From NCBI RefSeq assembly GCF_006345805.1, contig NC_043006.1, positions 23,746,001 to 23,810,000 of the forward strand: a DNA stretch of 64,000 bases, given 5' to 3'. The position numbers and the translations under genes were made by a program. The stretch comes from Octopus sinensis (Eukaryota). Below the pieces are notes generated by a model. It ran no database searches. It saw nothing but the letters and a program-made list of their open reading frames with translations, and was not told the origin of the DNA. Below, piece by piece: positions 39,621-51,295 of the stretch; the stretch's first letter is position 1, and every line of letters begins with the position of its first letter.

Positions 39621-41505
39621 TGCAGCAGGAGGAGGAAGCTTGCTATGCATGCAAGACTCCATGAGTTACAACAAAACTTTTCCATTCTTATTAAGCAGGC
39701 TACAGCCTTTTTATTGTTTGGAAGGAGTGAGGGTTAGAAATGGAGGCACAATGGTTTATATCGACCCCTGCCAGTACTTGACCGACTAGGGGTTATTGGG
39801 GTCATTTTCCTAACACCAGCAGCTAAAGTTGTTACTGGCAGGAGTATTTGTGCCAAGACCTTAAGCAAAAGAAACACATTTTTCTGTTGTTGTCTCCCTT
39901 TTCTACACTCTCCATCTTCCCACTATGAATAATAAAAATGAGAAACACAACACACACACACACACACACACACAATTTGATTGAATATTATCACTGCATT
40001 ATTGATCAGTAAGTGAAAATATTTTTATCTTTTAGCTTTCGGTTGTTTTTTTCTTTGTCTTCTTCCTCCACTGAGGAGTTTACTCTCAGTGAGATAATGA
40101 TATTAAACGAGATAATGAGAGCAAAGTCATCCATATGTATAATCTGGTGATTTCAGGTTAAATAATACTCTCCAGCTCTGTTTTTGCAGGCTGACGAAAC
40201 TAATTACACAGACACCAATAGAAAGATCAACGTACGTATGGCTGTGAGAATATTTTTAGTTGATGTAAAACATATCAATCTATATGTATTTATATTTATC
40301 CACACAAACACACACACATATATACAGATATAGATATACATATCTATCTGTGTGTGTGTGGGGGGGGGTTATATTTTCTCTTTCTACTTAACATAGCTGC
40401 ATGAATTGACATTCACACATTGGAAACTGATTCAAATGGAACTCTTTAGGGACCAAATACTTTAGCTGGATTTGTCACTGACCATTTCTAATGAAACTAA
40501 ATGAATGAAAAAAATGCTCAGCAATGAACAGGACCTGCTTTCTGGTAAGTGGTCATTTCAGCTGGGGACAGAAGCTTCAGTCGTTTACAAGTAGACTAGT
40601 GAAAGTGGGTTCAACAAATGAAGACAACAGAAAGAAGAAGAGGAGAAAGAGAGAGAAGGAGATATAGAGAGATTACACCATAGAAAGATAATAGAGGAGA
40701 TAGAAGGAGTACAATTGAGATAGTGATGGAGAGCATGCAGCAGAGAGGGGAGAGAGTGAGAGCAAGAGAGAGAACAAGAGAAATAGAACGAAACAAAAGA
40801 GAGACAGATCTTTGTAAGATTATTTCAATCCAAGTTATTGAGAATGTAAACAGAATGAAAATAAAAAGAGAGACAAAGAACTGGAGAGAAACAAGGATTA
40901 ATGAAAAGAAAAACACAGCATGGGGGAGGGGGAAGAGAGAGAGAGAGAGAGAGAGAGAAACTGAGAGAGAGAGAGAAACTGAGAGAGAAGAAGAATGGTT
41001 TGCCCCAACCTACACACTTTAAAATGAAATAGGAAAATTAGTTGAATGAGAAAGTATAAGATTGTGAGAGAGAATTAGAAATAGAGACATCCATCCAGAT
41101 AGACAGTCAGACAGACAAAATGGCCACCAATAAAAAGAAACAAAAAATATATAAAATAAAAATGTACAATATAAAAACAACCCAAATGGTGAACAAATAA
41201 AAAAAGATAAATAAAACACACCTCCAAAAATAAAAAAATACACTCGAAAATAATTGTAAAAAAAAAAAAAAAGAAAAGCTTGTGTAAATAATTAGCAAGT
41301 GTTGATTAAAATAGCCAAGAGTAGGTGAGTATGAAGGTGTTAAATACCCAGGTTTAGATAAGAAATAAAATTGAATAAATGAAAAAATAATAATGGTAAT
41401 AATAAAGATGTGGAAGAAGAGCAGACCAGGATTTAGCCAACAGATTGGAGAAAAATAAAAATTAATGTTATGTTTAACTTTTTTTTATTTTTTTTTTAAA
41501 TTTAC

Positions 41506-41634
41506 CTCCCTGAGGTGGTTCACGTCTTGGTCTGTGACGATGATATCGAAAAATGAACTCATCCACGGTTCAGTGACCGAAGACACGGCCAGCCACTTGA
41601 GTCCTAAAGAGGGTTTTCCCATACCTACAAACGC
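41506..41634 (-). CDS. Candidate exon, phase 0-0: AFVGMGKPSLGLKWLAVSSVTEPWMSSFFDIIVTDQDVNHLRE
   Basis: Long pyrimidine tract ending acgatacag|GCG, donor GAG|gtaaat, 129 nt. The only open frame of three is the one that fits the phase. CpG-rich like the other exons, but composition is not coiled-coil. Confidence 0.58.
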
Positions 41635-43891
41635 CTGTATCGTTAAGAAGACAGGAGGGAGAAAGAGAAAAAAAATTCTCATGCTCTGAAAAGCATTCAA
41701 CAATCTTACATGCTCAGCGGCACTCAGAACACGGACAAATCACAACAGAGATGTTAACGGTAGCCATAGACAATTCGTTAATTTCCACAGCACAGCACAA
41801 AACAATACAACAGATAGAGATACATTATGATTTAGTATGATAATCAGAACTAGCTAGTGGTTAATTAACCAAAAATGCAACTCATCAAGTCTCAAATGGT
41901 CCCAGTTGGTTGATCCATTTATCAGCCTGCCATCATCAGAATGGCAACCAGTCTTGCTCCATCTATATCAGGTTTATTACTAGCAAGGGTTTTCACTTGG
42001 TCATTTTGAGCTGTCTTTGGTCCAATATGAGCCAGACTATTTGATCGAAGAAGGTCAAGTATGATGACCAGTTTCAATAAGACGGTTTGAAAAACAGTTT
42101 TAGCTAACCCTAGTTGCTCTTCATCAATCAGCCTCCAGTTTTGTCCAACCAGTTAATGTTAACTAAGTCCCAACTAATTAGTCTCTCTTGACCAATTAGA
42201 ATCTACCAGATAATCTAAATTGTCTCTCATTTCAATTGACCAGTTGGCTTTAATTATCTAATCTCAGCCAACCAGGGCTCTCAATTGTCCTTTTTCAGCC
42301 AGCCAGTTGATCTAAATTCTCCAGATTCAGCCAGTTAGTTGTTTTAAATTGTCCAGTCACAGCCAAGCACTTAGGCTGAAATGACCAGTTTATTGATTAA
42401 ATAAGTCTCCTTCATCCAGTCTTAGCTAGTGTTAATCTTAATTGGCCATTTAGATTATCTCAGTTGGCCAATCAGTCTCAAAGACAATCGGTTTATGAAC
42501 AATTTTTCAAACATAAAATATTTTGGGTGAATAACAGACGTGTAAACTGGCAGCAACAAGCTGGGAGCATCAGTGGGAGAATGTCAGTTACTGTCTGGGT
42601 TTCACTCGGGGTACTTTCCTACTTGAATTCACTGTGCCTTCCCTTAAATTTCCTATGGGAATAAAAACTGATTTTGGGTGACAAACGGCCTTCAGGAACA
42701 AATTAAATTCATAAACTGAGGTTCTACTGTACACTGGAGAATTGGTTTCCTTAGCTGTATCTTACATGTGGACAAAAATAATCAGTCCTTTTAGAGACGA
42801 AAAGGATTCAGTTTTTGTATTAATGTAGGCAGCAGAAGTCATTGTTCCATACCTTGAAAGAAATCCAATCAACATCTGAGAGAGCCAGCCATTGGATATG
42901 GGCTGAAAAGGGCTGATGAAACCTTGTTATGGGTAAAGCAGATACATCTTGGCTTATATGGCTAGTTAAATCTGCATCAATCCAAAATTTGAATGATGCT
43001 GATGGTCTCAAGATGAAGGACTTAAGATCAACAATCAATGGTTGAGAGCTAATCAGTGGGTAGGACATACTATAAAGCCATCAAGAAGAAAGCCCTGAAA
43101 CAGTGCACATTCTCTCGTGATGACCCCTGAAACCTGCAGATGGCACTTTCAATTGGCAGCACTTGCACAAGAGAGCTGATTACAAGTCAATGTTGAGGTC
43201 ATCGTTGGATGGTCAGTCAGTAATAAATTAGGAAGAGAAAAATGCAGATGCACACACGGCAACAAATGGGAAGAACAAATTTAATTCACTACAGCATGCC
43301 AGAGGATTTGCACCACGGAAGTACCAGTGGTCAGTTGTTGGGAAGTTAATATGTTAAATAGTCACACATTATCTGGACAACAGCTCGCAGGAAACTGGGA
43401 TTTTAAAGCATCAGCAAAAAGATGCAAACAAAGCAAATAAAAAGAGAAAGAAAGAGAGGGAGGGAGAAGATCTTTCATGCTGCAGTTGTTTAAATGATTA
43501 AGCCACATGTGAAGAGTTGGCAGTCACATGATATCATGTTGGAGGAAGTGAAGCATGGGACTGGAGTCACTGGTGTTGACTGAAATGATAACTGGAAATA
43601 TCTGGAGAGGGGAACCAGGGGTTAGAAAATCATTTTTAGTTTTAATCTGAAGGCTTAACCCATATACACCCCTTTGTGTCTCCTGCTTGTTTGGACATGA
43701 ACTCGCCAGGAAGCATCTGACTGGGTTTACGAAATGCTTGGGTAGGAAGTCAACACCCGTAGCAAACAGTTGCAATCTGTCCTTCTCTTCCAGACTGTGA
43801 AAGCTTACCATAACATTTAATCGAAATACAGTGAAATTTTTTATGGGGCATATATAGGTTAAAGTTATTCCATAAACATAAAATAATAATA

Positions 43892-44450
43892 AAGATTAGA
43901 ATACATTATTTACATTTGACGGATATTTGTCCTCATCTTGTTTGATGTTAACATAACATTTCGGCTGATATACCCTCCAGCCTTCATCAGGTGTCTTGGA
44001 GGAAATTTTAAACCTGAGTTCTCATTCCTTAGGTATTTTTCTATATTATTATCATTATTCAGGTCACTGCCTGGTATTGAACTCAGAATCTTGGGGTTAG
44101 TAGCCCGCGCTCTTAACCACTATGCCATATGCTTCTGTAATCCAATGTATAGATATGCCACAGGCATATGGCATAGTGATTAAGAGTGCAGGCTACTAAC
44201 CCCAAGATTCTGAGTTTGATTCCAGGCAGTGACCTGAATAACAATAATAATAATAATATCGAAAAATACCTTAGGAAAGAGAACCCAGATTCGAAATTTC
44301 CCCAAGACACCTGATGAAGGCTGGAAGGTATATCAGCTGAAATGTTGTGTTAACAACAAACAAGATGAGGACAAATATCTGTCAAATGTAAATAATATAA
44401 ATAATGTACATAATTCCTCATTTCTTAAATATAGAACTGTAAGATTAGAA
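43892..44450. mobile_element. Inverted pair of the PLE/hammerhead module with 10-bp TSD
   Basis: Minus copy ~43902-44132 (hammerhead 43950-43995), ~25-nt spacer, plus copy ~44157-44440 (hammerhead 44306-44351). AAGATTAGAA at 43892-43901 and 44441-44450. Confidence 0.88.
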
Positions 44451-45710
44451 CAATAATAATTTCTTTCTACTCTAGGCACATGTAGTGGAAAGGGGTTTAA
44501 TCAATTACATCAACCCCTGTGTTTAAGTGGCACTTATTTCACTGACCCCCAAAAAGGGGAAAGGCAAAAATCAACTTCAGGCAAAAATCAACCTGATAGA
44601 AATGATGTCAGGAAACATTTTGCCCAGCACATGAATGATTCTGCAAGCTCACTTCCTTTATAATAAAAATAATCCTTTCTAATATAAGCACGAGGCCTGA
44701 AATTGGAGGGGGAGGGGCTAGTTGATAACATTAACCCCAGTATTTAATTGGTACCTACTTTATTGACCCTGACAGAATGAAAGGCTATGTTGACCTCAGC
44801 AGCATTTGAACTCAGGTTTGTAAAACCAGATGAAATGTTGCAAGGTATTTTGTCTAAGACAAACACTTCTGCCAGCCCACCACTTAATAATAATGGCTTC
44901 AAATTCTGGCACAAGGCCAGCAATTTCGGGCGGTTGTGATGCATGCACCTGTTGTACACTTATCAGACAGGTAGTCATGAAGGATATACTGGGCTTCGTA
45001 TATTTGTACCCCAGCATCACTTTGATGGCATGCGCTGCTCTCTCATTCAATAATAATAAAAAATAATGGTTTCAGATTTTGGCACAAGGCCAGCAATTTC
45101 GAGGGAGGGGGTAAGTGCTCAACGGATATTGACTCCGAAAGGATGAAAGACAAAGTCAACCTCAACGGAATTTGAATTCAACATATAAAAGATAGCCAAA
45201 ATACCAAAGCGCCAAAATTCCACCAAGCTTTTTGCTTCATGTGCTAACGATTCTGCCAGTTCACTGCCTTAATTATAATAATTATTTCCAATTTTTGCCA
45301 CAAGAGGAGGTGGGGGTGAATCGACTACACTGACCTCAGTGTTCAACTGATACTTATTTTATCAACCCCGAAAGAGGAAAACAAAGTTGACCTTGGTGGA
45401 ATTTGAACTCAGGATGTAGTAACAGGCAAAAAAGCGCTCAGCATTTCATCCAGCATGCTAACAATTCTGCCAGCTCACATTAATGATAATAATAATCCTA
45501 TCTAAAATAGGGACAAGGCCTGATATTTTGGGAGGAAGGGGCTAGTTGGCTACATCTACACCAGTGATCAACAGGTAATTATCTCATTCACCCTAAAAAG
45601 TTGATAGGCAGTAGACATTAGTGGAATTTGAACTCAGTTCGTGAAGATGGACAAAATGCCATTATGCATCTTGCCTGGTGTACTAGCGATTCTGCCAGCT
45701 CGGCACCTTA
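44451..45710 (-). mobile_element. Head-to-tail array of SINE family B (five near-full copies, one partial); solo copies at ~29550-29770, 34165-34395, 39380-39545, 53290-53710
   Basis: Recurrent gctggcagaatcgttagc...gagttcaaattcc...gcctttcatcc...gataaa..aagtaccag body, copies separated by (AAT)n. Confidence 0.75.
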
Positions 45711-45859
45711 ATTAATAAAGTTTGTTAACAGTGATTGCTTCAACCCATCCCTACCTAAACACAAACACAAAGTAAAATGAAAACATGTCAAAAACACAAA
45801 GAAAAAACAAAAGGACGTGGTGTTTTTTTGTGAATGCGCATTTTGCATTTGGTTTTTAC

Positions 45860-45942
45860 CTCTATCAACTTCTTGTGTTCATCATTCAAGCGTTTGGTGA
45901 GTTCTGTTACAAGGGTTGCACCCTCCAGGGTTCCCACAGCAC
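45860..45942 (-). CDS. Coiled-coil gene exon, phase 1-0: (G)AVGTLEGATLVTELTKRLNDEHKKLIE
   Basis: Acceptor tctctgttctttccacag|GT, donor GAG|gtaaaa, 83 nt. Phase matches the upstream exon. Not in the ORF track in this frame. Confidence 0.82.
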
Positions 45943-47687
45943 CTGTGGAAAGAACAGAGATGGAGGATACTCAACAAAAGCAAGAAATATACAAAAGGAT
46001 AAAGAAAAAGTGAGAATGTAAATAAAAAGTATTATTCTTTCTTTTATTCTTTTTCTTGTTTCAGTCATTAGGCTGTGGCCATACTGGGGCATGACCTTCA
46101 AGAATTTTTACTTGAATAAATTGACTCCTGTACGTTTTTTTACAAGTCTCGTACTTATTTTATCAGTCTCTTTCACTGAACTGCTAAGTTACAAAGAGAT
46201 AAACACGCCAACACTGTGTCTTTGTTTCTCCACCACCACTGCTTGACAACCAGAGACACACAGGCTTCTTTCAGTTTCCATCTCTCAAATCCATACAAAA
46301 AGCTTTGGTCAGTACAAGGCAAAAGATGCCCAAAATATCACACAGTGGGGGCCCGAACATGCATCTAGAATGTGTTTGTGTTCATGCTTTGTAACTTGGC
46401 AGGTCATCAAACAACAACCAATAAAATAGAACAAAACTGAAATGAATACTGCAGTCAAAATGATAAACTAAACCCTTGTAGGTCAGGCCCCAGTATGGTC
46501 ACTGGACTATGACCATGCTGGGGCACTGCCTTCAGGGGTTGTGGCCGATGCCAGTGCTGCCTGATTGCCTCCTGTGCTGGTGGCATGCAATAAGCACCAT
46601 GCATGCGTGGGTCATTGCCAGTGCCACCTGGCTGGCTCCCCATGCCGGTGACATGTAAAATGCAACATCTGAATGTGGTCGATGCCAGCCTCTCCACCCT
46701 GTCTGGCTCCTGCACCGGTAGCACGTAAAAGCACCATTCAAGTATGTTTGATGACAGTGCCGTCCAACTGGCTCCCATACCAGTGGCATGTAAAAAGCAT
46801 CCACTACACTCTCAGAGTGGTTAGCATTAGGAAGGGCATCCAGCTGTAGAAACATTGCCAGATCAGATTAGAGCCTGGTGCAGCCTCCTGGCTTTCCAGA
46901 CCCTTGTCGAACCGTCCAAGCCATGCCATCATGAAAAGCGGACATTAAACGATGATGACGATGACCCGTTTTATCTCAGTTGCACTTATTTAACCAAATC
47001 TTTCCAAATTCTTCATTCGCATCATCATTTTAATGTCCAGTTTCCCATGTTTGCAAAGGTCAGACAGAAATTTTTAAGGCAGATTCTCTATGCCAGATGC
47101 CCTCCTTGCTACCAACCCTCACCAGTTTCCCAGCAGGCTAATATTTCCTCATGGCCAGGCATGGGCTCACTGAGTATTAGAAATGAATGACCCTGCTTGT
47201 ATGACAGTGACATTCATTTACAACTATTACTTGATGTCAAGACGAGGATACACAAAACACACAAACAGTGTGTGTGTGTGTGTATTCAATGGGATTTTTT
47301 CCAGTTTTCACCAACAAAATCTATTCACAAGATTTTGGGTGACCAGAGGCTACTATAAAGGCAAGTCCCACTGCATTGCACTGAACCCAAAACCCCACTG
47401 CATTGCACTGAACCCAAAACCCCACTGCCACATCTGCACCTACGATGATGTTCATTACTTTTAAGTTTATCACTTCAGATTTTTGATAAAAACTAGAGCC
47501 AGCACTGGACGTTGTGATGTTTCGTATACAAATACATCTATGGAGACAATGTGATCAAAGATAGAAAAATAGGTAGTGGTGTATATGCATATTTCAGGAA
47601 TTATTGCTCCCTCTTCAGCACTACATCCAACCCATTAACTATCCATAAACATGTTTCTTAAACAGCCACTAAGTTTAGCAGTGTAAC

Positions 47688-48441
47688 ACTATTGGATAAC
47701 AGCCACAAAGTCTTCTTCCGGTGGAAAGTTCACCATATAAAATTTGACACGGCAGCGTGCTTTATTTCATTCTTGCTATGTGGCCCACCCATCTCAGACG
47801 ATGTTTCAGGATGGTAGCCCCAATGCTGTTGCTTTTCATTCTCCCCAGAATGGACACATCAGTCACAGTCATTCTATTTGATATTCATAATAGAGCAGAG
47901 CTTCTGTTGGGCAAATCACTCTAGTCTTTTGACACCACTTCAGTAAAGAGTCCAGGTTTCACAACCGTACAAGAGAGTGGAGATCACAACTGCTTGGTAG
48001 ACATTCAATTTTGTTTGGTAGATCAGATCTTTGTTCTTACAAAAAAAAAAAAAAAGACTCCATGGCTGTCCCCTCCGTCGATACAAGGACCAGCTGAAGT
48101 AATGTCTAAAACTGACTGGAATCAATCCCAAAGCTTGGCACATTGAAACTCAAGACAGGCCCAGCTGGCATCATTCCATCTCCACTGTGACAATTCATTT
48201 TGAAGCTGAACGACAGAGGAAAGAAGAGAAATGATAAGAAAGAAAATGGAGGCTGCAATAACTCAAGCCTCCTCCATCAAGGAACCCTTGTGAACTTTGT
48301 ATTAGACATTTCCATACACAATTGGCCTCTTTAGTCATCAGAGGCATAAACATGGACAGAGGGGAAGAAGTGGTCAGAAAAAGCCAAATAAATTATCGGA
48401 CACATGATAAAACACCGACAACGGCAACAACTATTGGATAA
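47688..48441. mobile_element. RTE/BovB-like LINE with 5' inversion and 12-bp TSD
   Basis: Minus part 47700-48040: TKLNVYQAVVISTLLYGCETWTLY...LRWVGHIARM...ILYGELSTGRRLCG. Plus part 48056-48429: HGCPLRRYKDQLK...DRPSW...IGLFSHQRH. ACTATTGGATAA at 47688-47699 and 48430-48441. Confidence 0.88.
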
Positions 48442-48703
48442 GCCAATTTTACATATGAAACACATTCCTGGCAACTGGTACAGGCATATTAATTGCAGGT
48501 AGGGACAATTGCTGGTAGGGACAAAGTATTTGATTTTGATAAACAAAATACTGTGTCCCTACCAGCAGCCAATATCTATTTTCATTATGCTTATGATGAA
48601 TTGAGCCACACTGGCAATATATTGAGTTTTGTTAAAAAGAAAAAAAATGTTTACACAAAGCTACAACTTATGCACAGATGAAGAAGCAGTAAAGTGGACA
48701 AAC

Positions 48704-48953
48704 CTTTTGGAGCAGGTTCTTGACCAATTGCCAGCTGATAGTCGTACTGTTGACGGAGCCTCTCTAAATGAGATGACCACTCTCCCTCACGCCGGTCAGT
48801 TTCCTCATTGTGGTACCGTGCTAAAATATCACGAAGTTCAGCCAATTCATTCTGTTTTTTCTCCTCCAAAGCTGCTTTCATCAACTCAGCTTCGGACTTG
48901 TGCAGTTGCTCAGCAGTGAGCCGGGTGGCTTTGATACGAAGGTTAAGTTCATC
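48704..48953 (-). CDS. Coiled-coil gene exon, phase 0-1: DELNLRIKATRLTAEQLHKSEAELMKAALEEKKQNELAELRDILARYHNEETDRREGEWSSHLERLRQQYDYQLAIGQEPAPK
   Basis: Acceptor ccccttag|GAT, donor AAAG|gtttgt, 250 nt. From memory, the segment HKSEAELMKAALEEKKQNELAELRDIL resembles an N-terminal segment of vertebrate pericentrin (unverified). Confidence 0.88.
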
Positions 48954-49436
48954 CTAAGGGGTTTCAAATAGAAATATACATAAGTAAATACAGAAATAAA
49001 CACATGCTCCTGGCAAGCTACACATGCAATACAAAAAAATAAAGGAACTTGACTAATTTTCATCTTTTCTCTTACAATCTCTCAAATGTTATGACTTTAG
49101 TAAAACTCTTCCAGCAGATTTTTGTACGCAACTTTAGTTGAATTACTCCAAGGTGACCATATTTCCACTACATATTTCTTGTTAAATGAAGAAAAAATAC
49201 AGGTAAATGAAGATAATATTACTAACAAGTATAAGGAATTATATATAGCCAGGCCAATGCAGCAGAGGAGAGACCTTGACTACGAAGTATATGGAATATT
49301 AAGGGTATAAAATGTTTTGGTACAGCCATTTTGATACCATCTCTTTGATGTTGCAGAATCAACACTGACTTATTTGTCATCAAATGTTGTAATGTTTACC
49401 ATTTTCTTACTCTTTCTAACTGCATGTGTATATTAC

Positions 49437-49483
<47 letters not shown>

Positions 49484-49770
49484 CCAAAGAGTATTTTTGC
49501 CAAATTCAGGCTGAATGTCCAGCCAGCTGAGCCAAATCATCAGTGTCGAAACAGTTGCACATAATTGCCTCAATTCCATCGACAGGAGCCTTAGTCTTGT
49601 CTTGGCAAGGGCATGAGAACCTCTTTAGCATAGGTGCCATGAAAAATGCACTCCATAAACTCTGTGAAGTGGTTGGTGTAGGAAACGGCATCCAACCATA
49701 GGAATTATAATCAAATGAAAATAGAAAAGAGCAGTTTGGACTGCTATTTGTGCCTAGGAGAGTAGTAACC

Positions 49771-49998
49771 TTAACCCTTTCATTACTGTATTTATTTTGG
49801 GATGCTCTGTGTTTCTCTCAATTATTTTAGATATAACAAAGAATTTTGTAAAATAACTTTGCTATCATTAAGCTGGTGTTAGGAACATAAAGTGTGACTA
49901 AGGTTTGGTGGAAGATTTTAATTAAAAACTTATGAAAACAAGACATTTGTACTCAGAGCCAGAGGCGGTTTCAGCCGGGTTGGTAATGAAAGGGTTAA
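49771..49998 (+). mobile_element. piggyBac-like MITE, same family
   Basis: TTAACCCTTT...AAAGGGTTAA; body matches 395-616. Confidence 0.82.
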
Positions 49999-50418
49999 AG
50001 GAAAACATGACTCTGCCAACCCATACCAGCACAGAAAGGGGTATAAAATGATGGTGGTGATGATGATGACGATGATGACTATACATAAGCATACAGGAGA
50101 AACAGCTGTGTGGTATGGATATGAAATGGTAATGGCAGTTCTAGGTTAAGGCAAAGGAAGACAAGGGAAGTAACTGTGGAAGACATGGATCTGGGATAGT
50201 CAAATGAGAACAAGAAATAATTTTAAATATTTTTATTATTGGTTCCTCAATTATCCCTAAAGGCCTTCCTGCATAAAGAGGGCCACATCTCTATTGTCCT
50301 CACCACCACTTTTTTTTTTTTAACTTTATATGCTATGTATATGTCCCTTCTTTTTCTGTCTATACCGTGTATACTTTCTTTCTTCCATCCTTTTTGTATT
50401 ATTTTTATTGTTTCTAGT

Positions 50419-50810
50419 GGCTGTGTGGTAAGTAGCTTGATTACCAACCACATGGTTCCGGGTTCAGTCCCACTGTGTAGCACCTTGGGCAAGTGTCTTC
50501 TACTATAGCCTTGGGCCGACCAAAGCCTTACGATTGGATTTGGTAGATGGAAACTGAAAAGAAGCCCGTCATATATATGTATATGTATATATGTGTGTGT
50601 GTGTGGTTTGTGTTTGTCCCTCAACATCACTTGACAACCAATGTTGGTGTGTTTACGTCCCCATAACTTAGCGGTTCGGCAAAAGAGACCGCTAGAATAA
50701 GTACTAGGCTTACAAAGAATAAGTCCTCAGGTAGATTTGCTCGACTAAAGGCGGTGCTCCAGCATGGCTGCAGTCAAATGACTGAAACAAGTAAAATAGT
50801 AAAAGAGTAA
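50419..50810 (+). mobile_element. Full-length copy of the dominant SINE (family A, CORE-like accttgggcaagtg); other copies ~10093-10440 (+), 18000-18620 (-), 27240-27620 (-), 46040-46340 (-), 58590-58850 (+)
   Basis: Head ggctgtgtggtaag...gggttcagtcccac, internal (TA/TG)n, tail ...ggcggtgctccagcatggctgcagtcaaatgactgaaacaagtaaaa. Repeated many times on both strands. Confidence 0.8.
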
Positions 50811-50917
50811 ATGAATATATGTAAAGTACCCCCCACACACACACACTTTATGTTTGTCTTTTATTGTCCCCCTCATTCTACGCCCTTGTGGCAAATAAAT
50901 GAAATCATTATTATTAT

Positions 50918-51295
50918 TATTACCTCCACCTTTGCGAAGGCAGAGGTATTGTTTTCAGTTGTGCTTGTTTGTTTGTTTATTTGTCTGTGGAGAAGATATC
51001 GCAAGAACCGATGGATAGATTCGGATGAAACTTTCAGGGATGTTTGGCCTCATGAATGGCACCAACTGATTAGATTTTGAGATTGATTCGATACCAGAGA
51101 AGGATTCTGGATTATTTTTCCAGTTATTTTACTAAATTTTAGAGAGAGAGGTCGGGTTCATTTTTAGTATTCTTGTTTGTGAAATCAGTCGAGTTTATTT
51201 CAGATATTCTCATTTTAAAAATCATCTCTGGTTAATCGTTGAGAGGACGTTGGTGTTGCCTTGGAAGGGGTTTGCGCTCTCTGAGTGCTCTTGTT
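50918..51295 (+). mobile_element. Non-autonomous Helentron-type (HINE-like) element
   Basis: 5' TTACCTCCACCTTTGCGAAGGCAGAGGT palindrome, (GTTT)n-like core, 3' GCCTTGGAAGGGGT sub-TIR followed by GCGCTCTCTGAGTGC hairpin. Confidence 0.7.

Noticed and set aside
42852-43068. Open frame ending in AAG|gtatgg as an extra exon
   Set aside because: Weak acceptor, uninformative peptide, and not needed for phase continuity.
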